Sequence record: LT603033
DNA: 64,000 bases
Source of the DNA: Escherichia phage vB_Eco_slurp01
Reading direction: 5' to 3' (one strand)
Shown piece after piece: positions 50,875-61,069 of the stretch. The position numbers and the translations under genes are program-made. The notes beneath the pieces are model-generated. The model saw nothing but the letters and a program-made list of their open reading frames with translations, was not told where the DNA came from and did not search any database. Position 1 is the stretch's first letter; each line of letters starts with the position of its first letter.

Positions 50875-51311
50875 GTTTAGAAAAAGCACTAGAACTAGCC
50901 AACAAAATACATCAGTACCATGATAAAATAAAAAGTGGGTTCTATGCTGATAAAGTACATGCATATGGGAATGAATATTACCTCACTGGAGTAAAGAGAT
51001 ACTCTAATGATATTTTACTTATGGGTCATGATAAAGACAATAATATACAGTACTCTTCATGTAGTCAATATACTAGTTTTATGGTATATATTCCTGGTAC
51101 TAAGATTACTTTTGACACATCAAATACACCTGTTGACTTCGGAGTACTTGATGGCCCGTGGGGTACTGAAGAGTATTACTTCCAACAGAGTCTCATTTTT
51201 AACCAAGAAATGCTTGATTCCTTGGTTGTGTTGTGGTACTTTAAGGAATTGAATTTTGAACCATTCTTTCTTGACTGGGGATCATGTGAGTATTTAATTT
51301 CAGGGGAATAA
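50871..51311 (+). CDS. Family C protein (MSLE subgroup)
   Basis: ORF track; TEEYYFQQSLIFN. Confidence 0.7.
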   Translation: MSLEKALELANKIHQYHDKIKSGFYADKVHAYGNEYYLTGVKRYSNDILLMGHDKDNNIQYSSCSQYTSFMVYIPGTKITFDTSNTPVDFGVLDGPWGTEEYYFQQSLIFNQEMLDSLVVLWYFKELNFEPFFLDWGSCEYLISGE

Positions 51312-51313
51312 TA

Positions 51314-51802
51314 ATGTCATTACAAAGTGCGTTGAAAGAAGCAAAGAAGATTCATGAGTACATGATTATGGTACAGGAAGGTTCAGTACCAGGTGTATAC
51401 AAAACATCAGATACGGAATTCTTCGTTAAGGATAGAGATGATTATGACGATTCAGAGGTATGTGCAGAAACATTAGTACTGCACACTGATACTGGTGACA
51501 GTGATAACTGTGAATATCATATGTACAACCAGTACATTAGTTATTGCCGTAATGAAGATATTACCATCTACAACACAGATAGTGATGCTGATGACACTAT
51601 CATTCCTTATTCAGTACTGGAAGGTCAGTGGGATAGTGAAGAATATTACTTCCAGAATAGTACTATCTACAATGAAGAAGAACTGGATGTTATTGTGATT
51701 ATGTGGTATTTCAAAAGTATTGACTCCAGTAGTTTCTATTTTGATTATGAATATGTAGAGAATACAGTAGGAGAAGGTAATGTCATTACAAAGTGCTCTT
51801 GA
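51314..51802 (+). CDS. Family C protein (MSLQS subgroup)
   Basis: ORF track; SEEYYFQNSTIYN. Confidence 0.7.
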   Translation: MSLQSALKEAKKIHEYMIMVQEGSVPGVYKTSDTEFFVKDRDDYDDSEVCAETLVLHTDTGDSDNCEYHMYNQYISYCRNEDITIYNTDSDADDTIIPYSVLEGQWDSEEYYFQNSTIYNEEELDVIVIMWYFKSIDSSSFYFDYEYVENTVGEGNVITKCS

Positions 51803-52232
51803 AAAAGCAAAAGAACTACATGGATACTTTGAAGATATAAAGGCCGGAAAGTTCAAAGAAGTGTACAAAGCCGAGAACGGTAACTACTACAAAGATGAAA
51901 TGTATAATAACTCCGTTGGTGTAAGGGTTATTCTTGGGTTGAATTCCAATAGTCCTATATCGTTTTCTGAATACAATAGAGATGCAGAATTTATTAGTTA
52001 TGTTGAAAATGGTAGCATTCGTTTTATTAATAGACAAAAACCATTAATTTTGAATTATGAAGTACTGGATGGTCAGTGGGATAGTGAAGAGTATTACTTC
52101 CAAAACAGTACTGTATATGATGATGAAGTACTTGAAGCATTAGTTATTATGTGGTACTTCAAGAGTATTAGCTTCCCTCGATTTTATTTGGATTTCGAAG
52201 ATCTTCGTAAAGATCCAGAAGGTATAGAATGA
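51780..52232 (+). CDS. Family C protein (MSLQS subgroup)
   Basis: ORF track; SEEYYFQNSTVYD. Confidence 0.7.
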   Translation: MSLQSALEKAKELHGYFEDIKAGKFKEVYKAENGNYYKDEMYNNSVGVRVILGLNSNSPISFSEYNRDAEFISYVENGSIRFINRQKPLILNYEVLDGQWDSEEYYFQNSTVYDDEVLEALVIMWYFKSISFPRFYLDFEDLRKDPEGIE

Positions 52233-52543
52233 AAAACTTATTCAGTGTTCAGTACGTTCCTGGTGAAATTGGTTTATTGTATCTATTTGACCATGATAAT
52301 TCATTATTACTAGTAGTGAAGAAATGCCAAGCTAGTTCGTTTGTTGAATACATTCACGATAGTGAATACATTCCTGATTTCCTAGAGTGTGATTATCACG
52401 ATGAACATGAATCATTTATTTTTCAGGAATCACTAGTATGGGATAAATCGATCAACTTCTTTACGTTAATTGAATTACAAAAGCAGGTGAAGTATTATTG
52501 GGATTACTTAATTACACAGGATTACATTGAGATTGAAACATAA
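52229..52543 (+). CDS. Family C protein
   Basis: ORF track; ESFIFQESLVWD. Confidence 0.65.
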   Translation: MKNLFSVQYVPGEIGLLYLFDHDNSLLLVVKKCQASSFVEYIHDSEYIPDFLECDYHDEHESFIFQESLVWDKSINFFTLIELQKQVKYYWDYLITQDYIEIET

Positions 52544-52851
52544 TGACAAAAAATGAATTTGATTCACTTTGTACGGTTTATAATTCATTGACAGAAATAC
52601 CTGACTTTATTAATTACGTTTCAGCTTTAAATCAAATTATGAATAGTTTTGAACAATCGTTTGAAGAGAAATATGCAGGTAGAAAAGTTCTATGTCATAT
52701 GTCAATGTACTTGGGAGATGGTGAGCCTTACACTACCAGTACTACATGTGAAATAAAAAAATATAATATATTATTGGGCACGATAGAATTCACAGTATCC
52801 AATGGTGGTAGTTATATGTACTTTAGAGATGGAGTGGTTGAATTATTATGA
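52543..52851 (+). CDS. Hypothetical protein in family C array (no clear motif)
   Basis: ORF track. Confidence 0.55.
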   Translation: MTKNEFDSLCTVYNSLTEIPDFINYVSALNQIMNSFEQSFEEKYAGRKVLCHMSMYLGDGEPYTTSTTCEIKKYNILLGTIEFTVSNGGSYMYFRDGVVELL

Positions 52852-53297
52852 GTTACGAAAGTGCAATCAAGAAAGCAAATGATATTCTAAAAGTTGTTCA
52901 GTTCTTCAAAGAAAATCCTGAATACTTAGCTGATGAAAACCATGATCACGATGAGAGATTGAGACGAAAAATTGTCGCTTTATTTGACACTAATGCGGAT
53001 AATTATAGTCTAATTGAGTTAGCATACGATTATATTTCATTGAACCGAAACGGACATTTAGTTAATATAGAAAGACATGCGAGTGAAGAATCTTTTAAAA
53101 TTTCAGACATTTTATCCCTGAGTACTGAAGAAGGGTACTTCCAGGGTAGTACTGTTTATGAACAAGGAACACTTGACAATCTATGCACATTCAGTGTAAT
53201 ATATCAGAAATCAGTACTGGATGTATTTTATCTTGACACTGCTGAACTGGATACACTAATCAATTTTGTTACTACTGAAGAGGCCACATTTGAGTGA
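52848..53297 (+). CDS. Family C protein
   Basis: ORF track; TEEGYFQGSTVYE. Confidence 0.65.
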   Translation: MSYESAIKKANDILKVVQFFKENPEYLADENHDHDERLRRKIVALFDTNADNYSLIELAYDYISLNRNGHLVNIERHASEESFKISDILSLSTEEGYFQGSTVYEQGTLDNLCTFSVIYQKSVLDVFYLDTAELDTLINFVTTEEATFE

Positions 53298-53830
53298 TGA
53301 AAGTTAACATCAATGACTTTGATGCATTACAAGATTTATCAAAAAAGATTCGTATCATCGTACCAGTACTCAAAAAATGTAGTACTGGTTTAATTGATCC
53401 TAGTACTGTTGTTAATGAGAAGTACAATTTTCATCGTGTATTACAGGGTACAGGTGCATTTCAGAAGTGTGATGTACGTGAGAAACACGTAATTGATACA
53501 TCATTGTTTTCTATTGGTGCACCTGTGTCGAATAATTCTATTTTCCTGGATAACGCAGGAAATATTCAACAATTAACATTTAAGAAAAGGAAAAAGAACA
53601 ATAACATTGGTGTATACGCGATGAAGTGGGGTCAACCTGATTTGAAGCGTGAAATTCACATCCCTAAGTACAATTACAATGCATTTGACGAACAGTGTTT
53701 TCAACTATCGTGTACTGACCCTGACTATGCAATCATTCAGTTCTATATGGAATTGCAGATAGCATTTAACAGTAATTTATATATTAACTTGTTGGCGATG
53801 AACATCGATGAAGTATTCAAAAACATTTAA
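53294..53830 (+). CDS. Family C-related protein
   Basis: ORF track; DEQCFQLSCTD. Confidence 0.6.
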   Translation: MMKVNINDFDALQDLSKKIRIIVPVLKKCSTGLIDPSTVVNEKYNFHRVLQGTGAFQKCDVREKHVIDTSLFSIGAPVSNNSIFLDNAGNIQQLTFKKRKKNNNIGVYAMKWGQPDLKREIHIPKYNYNAFDEQCFQLSCTDPDYAIIQFYMELQIAFNSNLYINLLAMNIDEVFKNI

Positions 53831-54026
53831 TCGAATTGAATACATGAGAACTGTGAGTGCAGTGTGGGACATATGGTTCACTACTAAACCAAAAATGGAT
53901 TACCATGACTTTAAGCTCTTGTTCTTCGTTGGCTCTAACAAACAGGATGTTGCAATGAAGGGTTATATTCAGCACTTACAGGAACTAATCCAGAAGAGAA
54001 TATATGAAAATAATAGACCAAAATGA
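53808..54026 (+). CDS. Family B-like small protein inside family C array
   Basis: ORF track; FFVGSNKQDVAMKGYIQHLQ; start uncertain. Confidence 0.5.
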   Translation: MKYSKTFNRIEYMRTVSAVWDIWFTTKPKMDYHDFKLLFFVGSNKQDVAMKGYIQHLQELIQKRIYENNRPK

Positions 54027-54195
54027 CATTGCTAAACTATTCAATATATATTCTACTAGAATGATGCAAACAGACTCATATAGTACTGAATTCAAAGAGT
54101 TGAAAGTCCTGATGTACTTGGGAACCCAATATCAGGAACAAGTTATTTTGGAATATATTAATTCGCTGAAGAAGGATATCCGTTATGTACGATGA
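54004..54195 (+). CDS. Family B-like small protein inside family C array
   Basis: ORF track; MYLGTQYQEQVILEYINSL. Confidence 0.55.
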   Translation: MKIIDQNDIAKLFNIYSTRMMQTDSYSTEFKELKVLMYLGTQYQEQVILEYINSLKKDIRYVR

Positions 54196-54745
54196 TTTAG
54201 ATATTGCGTTTGAACGTATGGTAATTTTAATGCAATGTGCAGAAATGCATGAAACAATCCGTCGCACCAAAGGGATTGAATATACAAGTAAACTATTCTC
54301 ATACGAAAGTCGTCGAGGGATGGATCATTTTTACTGCACTGATTGTTCAAAGTTTTCAGTACTGAAATATTATCATCCTACTGTTTCCAATAATAGTTTA
54401 ATATCCACATATGACGGTGATCTGTTTAGTGTAATGTATGACACATTACATCCATCAATTTCAATCTATAAAGATTGCGATAGTAGTTTATCGTATATAA
54501 TTGAAGATTACTTATCTCCTAATACTGAAGAGAATATTTTTCAGAACAGTGTGTTGCATGATGAATTAAGTATAAAATGCATCTATATGTTCAATAAGTT
54601 AAAAGAGTACGCCGATAATAATTACTTAATTGATAAGTTAGCAGTATTGTCTGTTTCCGTTTTTAATACAAATGACATTGATATGAAATACTATAATGAG
54701 ATTTGTAAAGTACATCATATGTATAAGGAATTACTATGTTATTAA
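54185..54745 (+). CDS. Family C protein
   Basis: ORF track; EENIFQNSVLHD. Confidence 0.65.
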   Translation: MYDDLDIAFERMVILMQCAEMHETIRRTKGIEYTSKLFSYESRRGMDHFYCTDCSKFSVLKYYHPTVSNNSLISTYDGDLFSVMYDTLHPSISIYKDCDSSLSYIIEDYLSPNTEENIFQNSVLHDELSIKCIYMFNKLKEYADNNYLIDKLAVLSVSVFNTNDIDMKYYNEICKVHHMYKELLCY

Positions 54746-55338
54746 ATGCAAATAAATGTTGTAGTGCAGATGTGCATTTGTTTTTTAAGAAATTAGCAAA
54801 TGATATTATATATATGCAGGAAATGATTTATCACAAACGAGCGGATTTAGAAAAAGCATTAGTACAGTTCTCATTTATGCTTGATGGTGATATATTTCTA
54901 GAGAGTGATGCATTGCGAATAGTATTAGACAAAAATGCTAAAAGATTTTTATTTCATATAGATAATAAATTATGTTCCTCCGTATGTCGTACTTTTTATA
55001 ATCGTGATTCGGACTTATATCAATTCCTTTATTCTAAAGGTGCAGTAGAAGCATCATATGGTGATGGTTATGCCCTAGGAAAGAGTATTCCATTTATGAA
55101 ATCATTTAAAATAGAACACATCAGTACTGATGAAGATGCAATGTTCACAAATGATATAACTATGGGACGTGAAGATGCAATGCGATATATTACAAATTCT
55201 ATGCATACATTCTTTCAACGAACAGAATTTGATAATGTATATATATCAAATGTAAATATTTTCAATGACCTGTGTCAGTACTTGAGAAGTGTTTGTGATT
55301 TTGATGAAAGCTATTGTAAGCTTTATACTGAGGTATAA
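54736..55338 (+). CDS. Family C-related protein (divergent)
   Basis: ORF track. Confidence 0.55.
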   Translation: MLLNANKCCSADVHLFFKKLANDIIYMQEMIYHKRADLEKALVQFSFMLDGDIFLESDALRIVLDKNAKRFLFHIDNKLCSSVCRTFYNRDSDLYQFLYSKGAVEASYGDGYALGKSIPFMKSFKIEHISTDEDAMFTNDITMGREDAMRYITNSMHTFFQRTEFDNVYISNVNIFNDLCQYLRSVCDFDESYCKLYTEV

Positions 55339-55343
55339 AACAA

Positions 55344-55706
55344 ATGAACACATTAAGTATTACATACTATACAACTAAAAAATTAGTTACTTGTTTAATA
55401 TCATTGAAGACAAACCATGATGATATGTTTGATATGGCTGCATATGAATTAGAATTATCAGAAGATGGCTTCAAGAGCTATGAAGTATATAGCTATGTTC
55501 GTGAAGATGTAATTGACACTACACTAATGCAAGAGGATGAGTTATTCCAAGAAAGTTTAGTATGGGATAATAAGTACGATTGTAACTTTGATTTCTTATG
55601 TTTAATCCAGAAAGAAATGAAAAGAATCTTTGATAATTATCCAGTGAAGAGATTGAGTACTGGACCGGAGCAGTACAGGAGAATTTTATTCCGTTATGAA
55701 GACTGA
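55344..55706 (+). CDS. Family C protein
   Basis: ORF track; EDELFQESLVWD. Confidence 0.65.
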   Translation: MNTLSITYYTTKKLVTCLISLKTNHDDMFDMAAYELELSEDGFKSYEVYSYVREDVIDTTLMQEDELFQESLVWDNKYDCNFDFLCLIQKEMKRIFDNYPVKRLSTGPEQYRRILFRYED

Positions 55707-56031
55707 ATTAGTGAAAGTAATGTACGCTACTCATATTAAACTACTACTTGTGAAATTTGATTATAATAAAAAACATAATGATTTCTATACTTTAATTCGT
55801 GATGAAAATACATTCTCCTTGCGATGCAACAATATACCGTTGAAGATAAATGATTTTACTTCACTTGACGAGGGTGAATTATTTCAAGAATCATTAGTTT
55901 TTAATAGTAATATAAAAATTGATATAGAAGTTATTAAAAAATACCAGATTTTATTGAACAAAATTATGAATTGTTATCCATGTGAAATAGGAGGTCATAT
56001 GCAGTTCAAATCAAAAATGTATGAATTATGA
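55696..56031 (+). CDS. Family C protein
   Basis: ORF track; EGELFQESLVFN. Confidence 0.65.
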   Translation: MKTELVKVMYATHIKLLLVKFDYNKKHNDFYTLIRDENTFSLRCNNIPLKINDFTSLDEGELFQESLVFNSNIKIDIEVIKKYQILLNKIMNCYPCEIGGHMQFKSKMYEL

Positions 56032-56038
56032 GGTTTAT

Positions 56039-56575
56039 ATGTTAGATGAAAAAATGAACAATGGAACACAATATAATCATCTTAAGTTGGATACATTCGA
56101 ATCAGCTATCAGTACAGCACAAGATATAATTGATATTATCAAGTTCATTAAAGAAGATAAGTTCAAATGTTTGAAAATACTAAATCGTTCAATGTACCGT
56201 GATAACAATATTCATGTATCAGTACGTAGACCGAAAGATAAAGAAAGTGGGAGAGATTTCTATAACAACAGTGAGCAGTTCGAATGTGAATATGATCCAG
56301 AATTCAGAGGCGGTTTCATGTGTTACAGTATAAAGGATACCTCACACATTGAGATACGTTCATCGAAAGGTGGCATACGTACATTAGAGTTCATTGATAT
56401 AGTTTTAAATCAGGAATACTACTTTCAACTATCATTATTGTTTCCTGCATACGATTTAGGAGTTCTATTCATGTATAAGTACTTTCATGAGCACTGGAAT
56501 GAAGACTTCTATCTGGACTTAGAAGATTACCAATTAGTTTGGAAAGAAATGGTAGAACTTCGCAATCCCTCTTGA
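56039..56575 (+). CDS. Family C protein
   Basis: ORF 56021..56575 trimmed to ATG 5 nt after GAGG; QEYYFQLSLLF. Confidence 0.6.
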   Translation: MLDEKMNNGTQYNHLKLDTFESAISTAQDIIDIIKFIKEDKFKCLKILNRSMYRDNNIHVSVRRPKDKESGRDFYNNSEQFECEYDPEFRGGFMCYSIKDTSHIEIRSSKGGIRTLEFIDIVLNQEYYFQLSLLFPAYDLGVLFMYKYFHEHWNEDFYLDLEDYQLVWKEMVELRNPS

Positions 56576-56601
56576 CACCCACCGATTCTTTGTGATATAA
56601 T
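56572..56601 (+). promoter_or_regulatory. Internal promoter within family C array
   Basis: TTGACA N18 TATAAT with TGATATAAT extended -10. Confidence 0.55.
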
Positions 56602-56634
56602 CCCTTTATATTAATTGTAAAGGGTTATAACACA

Positions 56635-57111
56635 ATGTCCAACGAACTCACATTCACCAATGCACAAAAAATAGCAAAAGACATTATCAGGGTTTATAAA
56701 TTCCTTGCGAATGTTACTGAAGATTTTTCCGTGGGGGAACATAAAGTTATTAAACGAAATGGATACCTTTCATTTATGGATGGGTTACTCTATAGTTCAG
56801 ATGAATCAACTTGTAGCATTAGAGTTCTTGATGAAGTACCAAGTGGTGATTTTATTTCATACCATTTTCCAAGTTCAGATAATTTCAAATACTACAATCA
56901 TCTTCTTATAAATGAAGCATTTAATACGATTGTAATTAACACTGAAGAAGAGTTCTTCCAGTACAGTACTGTGTATCCAGAGAGGATTGTTTTCAGTTCA
57001 GTGATTTACACTGCCCTTAAAAATGAACTAAATTCCGATAGTGATCATTTCTACTTGGACCTGAACAATGTCGATTGTATTATTGAGTACATGGAGAAAA
57101 ATGGTTTATGA
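56635..57111 (+). CDS. Family C protein
   Basis: ORF track; TEEEFFQYSTVYP. Confidence 0.65.
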   Translation: MSNELTFTNAQKIAKDIIRVYKFLANVTEDFSVGEHKVIKRNGYLSFMDGLLYSSDESTCSIRVLDEVPSGDFISYHFPSSDNFKYYNHLLINEAFNTIVINTEEEFFQYSTVYPERIVFSSVIYTALKNELNSDSDHFYLDLNNVDCIIEYMEKNGL

Positions 57112-57602
57112 TTACTACAGAATATGATTACTATGGTGTTTTAGAATTTACAGAAAATATCTATCGCATTGCAAAGGAGTTCAGAAGTCCTAAGCCTTTT
57201 GGTGGTATGTTTCAATACGATGAGTTCAGTTCATCTAAAGGAAGACTTGCATTTACTAATGTTAGAGGTAATCAAATCTACGCGGAGTACTTTGATGATA
57301 ATGACTTTCATTACAAAACCGAATACATTTCATATTGCCCTGGGTCTGATTTGAAGATTAATATTGATACCTTTAGAGATTCAGTGCTTGTCCCTTATAG
57401 TGAGTTAGTTTTCATGACAGAAGAAATGTACTTTCAAGAGTCTTGTATTCATGATGTAAAAGTACTTAATGCTATGTTATTTTATGGTGCACTACTTCAT
57501 CATTACAAATACAATCAACGATTCTTTTTAGATTTAGTAGTATACTATAAATGTGTGGATTATTTGAATGCAAAATACGACAACAATTCAGTACATGACT
57601 GA
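57108..57602 (+). CDS. Family C protein
   Basis: ORF track; TEEMYFQESCIHD. Confidence 0.65.
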   Translation: MITTEYDYYGVLEFTENIYRIAKEFRSPKPFGGMFQYDEFSSSKGRLAFTNVRGNQIYAEYFDDNDFHYKTEYISYCPGSDLKINIDTFRDSVLVPYSELVFMTEEMYFQESCIHDVKVLNAMLFYGALLHHYKYNQRFFLDLVVYYKCVDYLNAKYDNNSVHD

Positions 57603-57930
57603 TGGTTCTGAATACTTTGTTTCAAGATATGTAATCACACACAACCATTATGTAACCTATATTCCAGAGTACAATCAATTTTATATTCAGATTTATCAAA
57701 ATAATGGAAAGATAAATGATATATATTCAGAAATAAAAATCCCTGATTATAGTACTTTATCAGAAGAGGAATTGTTTCAGGAGAACACTATAAGTACTGA
57801 AGATGTGTACGAAATAATGGAATACCAGAAGGTACTTAAACATTTTCATGAAACAAATGATATACAAATAGATATTGTTAAACCGTGGTGTTACAATACA
57901 TATGAGGTAAATTATGTTAGAAATGATTAA
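57568..57930 (+). CDS. Family C protein
   Basis: ORF track; SEEELFQENTIS; start 57568 or 57595. Confidence 0.55.
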   Translation: MQNTTTIQYMTDGSEYFVSRYVITHNHYVTYIPEYNQFYIQIYQNNGKINDIYSEIKIPDYSTLSEEELFQENTISTEDVYEIMEYQKVLKHFHETNDIQIDIVKPWCYNTYEVNYVRND

Positions 57931-58327
57931 AATTATGCAACGCTGTCTTGTTGATCAACACGGGGTATATGGATATCGTTTAAGTGCTCCTATTGACAAA
58001 AATAAAACAACCTATGTAAGCTATAATGCTGTACAAGGATTTGATATATTCATTAGTACTAATTATCAAATCAAACAAGCTAAAGATGTGTCTATAATGA
58101 CCCCTGATGAGTTATTTCAGTACAGCTTAGTCTTTCCTACATGTATCGATTTACAACGTCTAGGAGCGATACAGAAGGTTTTACGCGAACATAAAGTACA
58201 ACCCAATAAAGTCACACACATTCCAGAAACAATCTTCAAAACCATAGAAGTAGAAACTCCTGATTATATGTTAAGTGATGATGAGTACTACGAGAAACAC
58301 TTCCCTGGTAAAGTTTGGAGAGACTAA
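57914..58327 (+). CDS. Family C protein
   Basis: ORF track; TPDELFQYSLVFP. Confidence 0.65.
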   Translation: MLEMIKIMQRCLVDQHGVYGYRLSAPIDKNKTTYVSYNAVQGFDIFISTNYQIKQAKDVSIMTPDELFQYSLVFPTCIDLQRLGAIQKVLREHKVQPNKVTHIPETIFKTIEVETPDYMLSDDEYYEKHFPGKVWRD

Positions 58328-58818
58328 TGAACCGAAAGTACAGAGAAACTATGAAGTTCGCTAGGGAGTGTTTAGAAGTGTTTGAGTTCATCAATGCTCA
58401 TAAAGATTTACTCCATAGATACATTGCAATCAGTGAGACAGATGACCATAGGTACATATGTTCTCGAATTCAAGATAAGATATATAAGATTGTGTTCTCG
58501 GAAACATACACAGATACATCTAATTCACTATATGATTTTGCACGTACTGATTACGTTTCATACAAATCTTGGTCTGATAGTATTAAAATTGTGCACAAGC
58601 AAAATACATTTTATTCTTTTCTTACGGACATTTCCGAAGAAAGTTACTTTCAAAACAGTTTAATTTATACAGAAAAAGAACTCAAAATGTTATATATTAT
58701 GTCGTACTTTAAAAAGTACTGCAAATTTAATACATTATCTTTTGAGATTTCTGCAATGAAAGTATTCATTAAAAATGTAAAAGAACTAAAGAGGGCTTTT
58801 AATGTACATAGAAAATGA
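58327..58818 (+). CDS. Family C protein
   Basis: ORF 58315..58818 (TTG) trimmed to ATG after GGAGAGA; SEESYFQNSLIYT. Confidence 0.6.
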   Translation: MNRKYRETMKFARECLEVFEFINAHKDLLHRYIAISETDDHRYICSRIQDKIYKIVFSETYTDTSNSLYDFARTDYVSYKSWSDSIKIVHKQNTFYSFLTDISEESYFQNSLIYTEKELKMLYIMSYFKKYCKFNTLSFEISAMKVFIKNVKELKRAFNVHRK

Positions 58819-59344
58819 GAATGTAAAATGCATTACTGAAATTTGTATAAAATTAATGAAAATTTTCATTAACCCAAAATACAAAAAACGTTCATTACAT
58901 CATAATATTGATGAGCATTGTACCATTAATATACTAGGTAGTATTCTTGATGTAAAATATGATGGTAGAATGTTATTTGGCATAAGAGAAGAGAAAATAG
59001 ATGATGCATTCTTTTCCTGTAAAGATAAATTTGAACCTTCTGATTATAAAGTAATTATTCGTGATGATAGCATCTACATTAGTAGTGATTATTCAAATTA
59101 CTTCGATAAAATATACAATGAAAACGTTGACTACCATTATGAAATGATAGATTTACCAGTAACAGACATTGATATGGAGAGAATCAAATTTTCATTATCA
59201 GATAATGAGTACTTAGGTATACAAACATATTATTCACTACAAGGAAAGATTCCACCTGCTATGTATATAAGGATTGAGATTGGTAATGTATTCAATGATA
59301 AGGTTATATCTATTGCTGATAAAATATTGAGGGTTGAATTATGA
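58802..59344 (+). CDS. Hypothetical protein in family C array (no clear motif)
   Basis: ORF track. Confidence 0.55.
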   Translation: MYIENENVKCITEICIKLMKIFINPKYKKRSLHHNIDEHCTINILGSILDVKYDGRMLFGIREEKIDDAFFSCKDKFEPSDYKVIIRDDSIYISSDYSNYFDKIYNENVDYHYEMIDLPVTDIDMERIKFSLSDNEYLGIQTYYSLQGKIPPAMYIRIEIGNVFNDKVISIADKILRVEL

Positions 59345-59904
59345 ATATCAATGATTACCAATTTCATAGGCTTGAATTTCGTCATTGTGTTGCATTTGCA
59401 AAAACATTGATGTGCATCATTGACACTCTTTCATCCAAACAATTTCGTAAGGATAATGATTTATTTCTGAAAAAAGGTCGTGTAACATCAACCGATATCG
59501 GTATTGAACTATTTGTTGATATCAGTGTTGATACCGGAGACAGTACAAGGGTTGGTTGTATAGGTCATATTGGTACACATTGCTTCACATGGAATCCAAA
59601 TACAAGTCAAGTACGAGTTGATTATAGAAATTCACGTTGGGTTGATCTTAGTACTGAATCAGATTTAGAATCAGCTATGTTCCAGCTAAGTTTAATTCAC
59701 AATCCTAATGAACTTCTTTACATTATTACTTTCAGTTATCTGTTACAAAACTACGATAATCCATCAGGATTTTTCATAGAATCAGATATAGATGAAATTA
59801 TGGAAGAGATTCCCAGTTTAAAGAATATTCTCGAAGAAAAAGATTTCTATGAAGACTTCAGAGATTTATACGACATGCACTTGGAGTTATTTAAGAATGG
59901 ATAA
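59341..59904 (+). CDS. Family C protein
   Basis: ORF track; LESAMFQLSLIHN. Confidence 0.65.
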   Translation: MNINDYQFHRLEFRHCVAFAKTLMCIIDTLSSKQFRKDNDLFLKKGRVTSTDIGIELFVDISVDTGDSTRVGCIGHIGTHCFTWNPNTSQVRVDYRNSRWVDLSTESDLESAMFQLSLIHNPNELLYIITFSYLLQNYDNPSGFFIESDIDEIMEEIPSLKNILEEKDFYEDFRDLYDMHLELFKNG

Positions 59905-60415
59905 AGATGATATTCTAATTAGACTAATTAATAGTTTAATAAAGTTCTCAAATAATGATGTCGATACATACAAAGTGGGGGATATTGAATTTAAATCATT
60001 TGGTATGTACGGTGAGGATAAAACATATTATGCGTCAATGAAATTTCAAGATTTTCACGAGATGTTAATATCGTTATCATATGAAGATGTTGATCCAAGA
60101 TGGAGTTCCAGTATTTCACTATCGAGAATGGTAATTCGTAGTAAGCATCGTTATATTTCGTCAAAGAATACTCCTAACTTGATTAATATTGTGTTGAATG
60201 AAAATACAAATCCCCTATCTAAACATGATATCGTACCGTTAACCGATGAAGTTCTTTTTCAATTGAGTACCATTTGTGATGAAGATGTGATATCATGTAT
60301 GAAAATTTATGAGAAGGTTGGGAGTGATATTCCCATGAACTATTACCTAACTATAGATGGAACGTACCTTCGAGATGAGGTTCTAGCGTACATTGACAGT
60401 GTTTTACCAAAATAA
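59897..60415 (+). CDS. Family C protein
   Basis: ORF 59849..60415 trimmed to MDKDDIL; TDEVLFQLSTICD. Confidence 0.55.
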   Translation: MDKDDILIRLINSLIKFSNNDVDTYKVGDIEFKSFGMYGEDKTYYASMKFQDFHEMLISLSYEDVDPRWSSSISLSRMVIRSKHRYISSKNTPNLINIVLNENTNPLSKHDIVPLTDEVLFQLSTICDEDVISCMKIYEKVGSDIPMNYYLTIDGTYLRDEVLAYIDSVLPK

Positions 60416-60436
60416 AGACCCGTATGGGTCTTTTTG
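60416..60436 (+). terminator. Intrinsic terminator
   Basis: AGACCC-GTAT-GGGTCT + TTTTTGTG. Confidence 0.75.
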
Positions 60437-60446
60437 TGTTTATGGC

Positions 60447-60475
60447 TTTACAAGAGCATTCAGGTGTGTTATACT
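60447..60475 (+). promoter_or_regulatory. Internal promoter
   Basis: TTTACA N17 TATACT. Confidence 0.5.
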
Positions 60476-60502
60476 TGATTTTAAATAGAGTTGGAGGAAT
60501 CT

Positions 60503-61069
60503 ATGAGTACTGAATTAATTAAAGAAGTCACATTACTTCTGAAGCATTGTTTTAAGTTCATTCCTGATACTGGCTCACGCCAGTACATTAAAGTTAATGA
60601 GAAATATAACATCAATATCCTTGTATCTGAAACTGCGAGCAGTTATGCTAACATTGAGTTGGATTCTGAAGAAAAATATACAGTATTACAAATCATAGCA
60701 GATGTACAACGTAAACAAGATTATCGTTCTTCATTTTACAACGATTATCTGTGTGTTTGCTCAAACTTCAGTGAGAATAAAATTGTGTATAAGAATTTAT
60801 ACACACATGAAGTGATTGATACATATAATTATAAAATTTCATCTGATGAATACAATGTTCTAATGTTCAACGCAAACCTTTTGTATGATGCCAGTACTGT
60901 ACGCTGTTTAGAGTTAGCATATAAAATTCCAAAGATCATGGAAAGAAAAGATTTGATTCACTTTAAAACTATTTTAAAATACAGTACAAAAGAATTAGAG
61001 GATTTAGTACAGGCTCTTAAGAATTTCATTAATGAACATGTACCTGTTAAATTCGAGGATGCACAATGA
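60503..61069 (+). CDS. Family C-related protein
   Basis: ORF 60491..61069 (TTG) trimmed to ATG after GGAGG. Confidence 0.6.
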   Translation: MSTELIKEVTLLLKHCFKFIPDTGSRQYIKVNEKYNINILVSETASSYANIELDSEEKYTVLQIIADVQRKQDYRSSFYNDYLCVCSNFSENKIVYKNLYTHEVIDTYNYKISSDEYNVLMFNANLLYDASTVRCLELAYKIPKIMERKDLIHFKTILKYSTKELEDLVQALKNFINEHVPVKFEDAQ

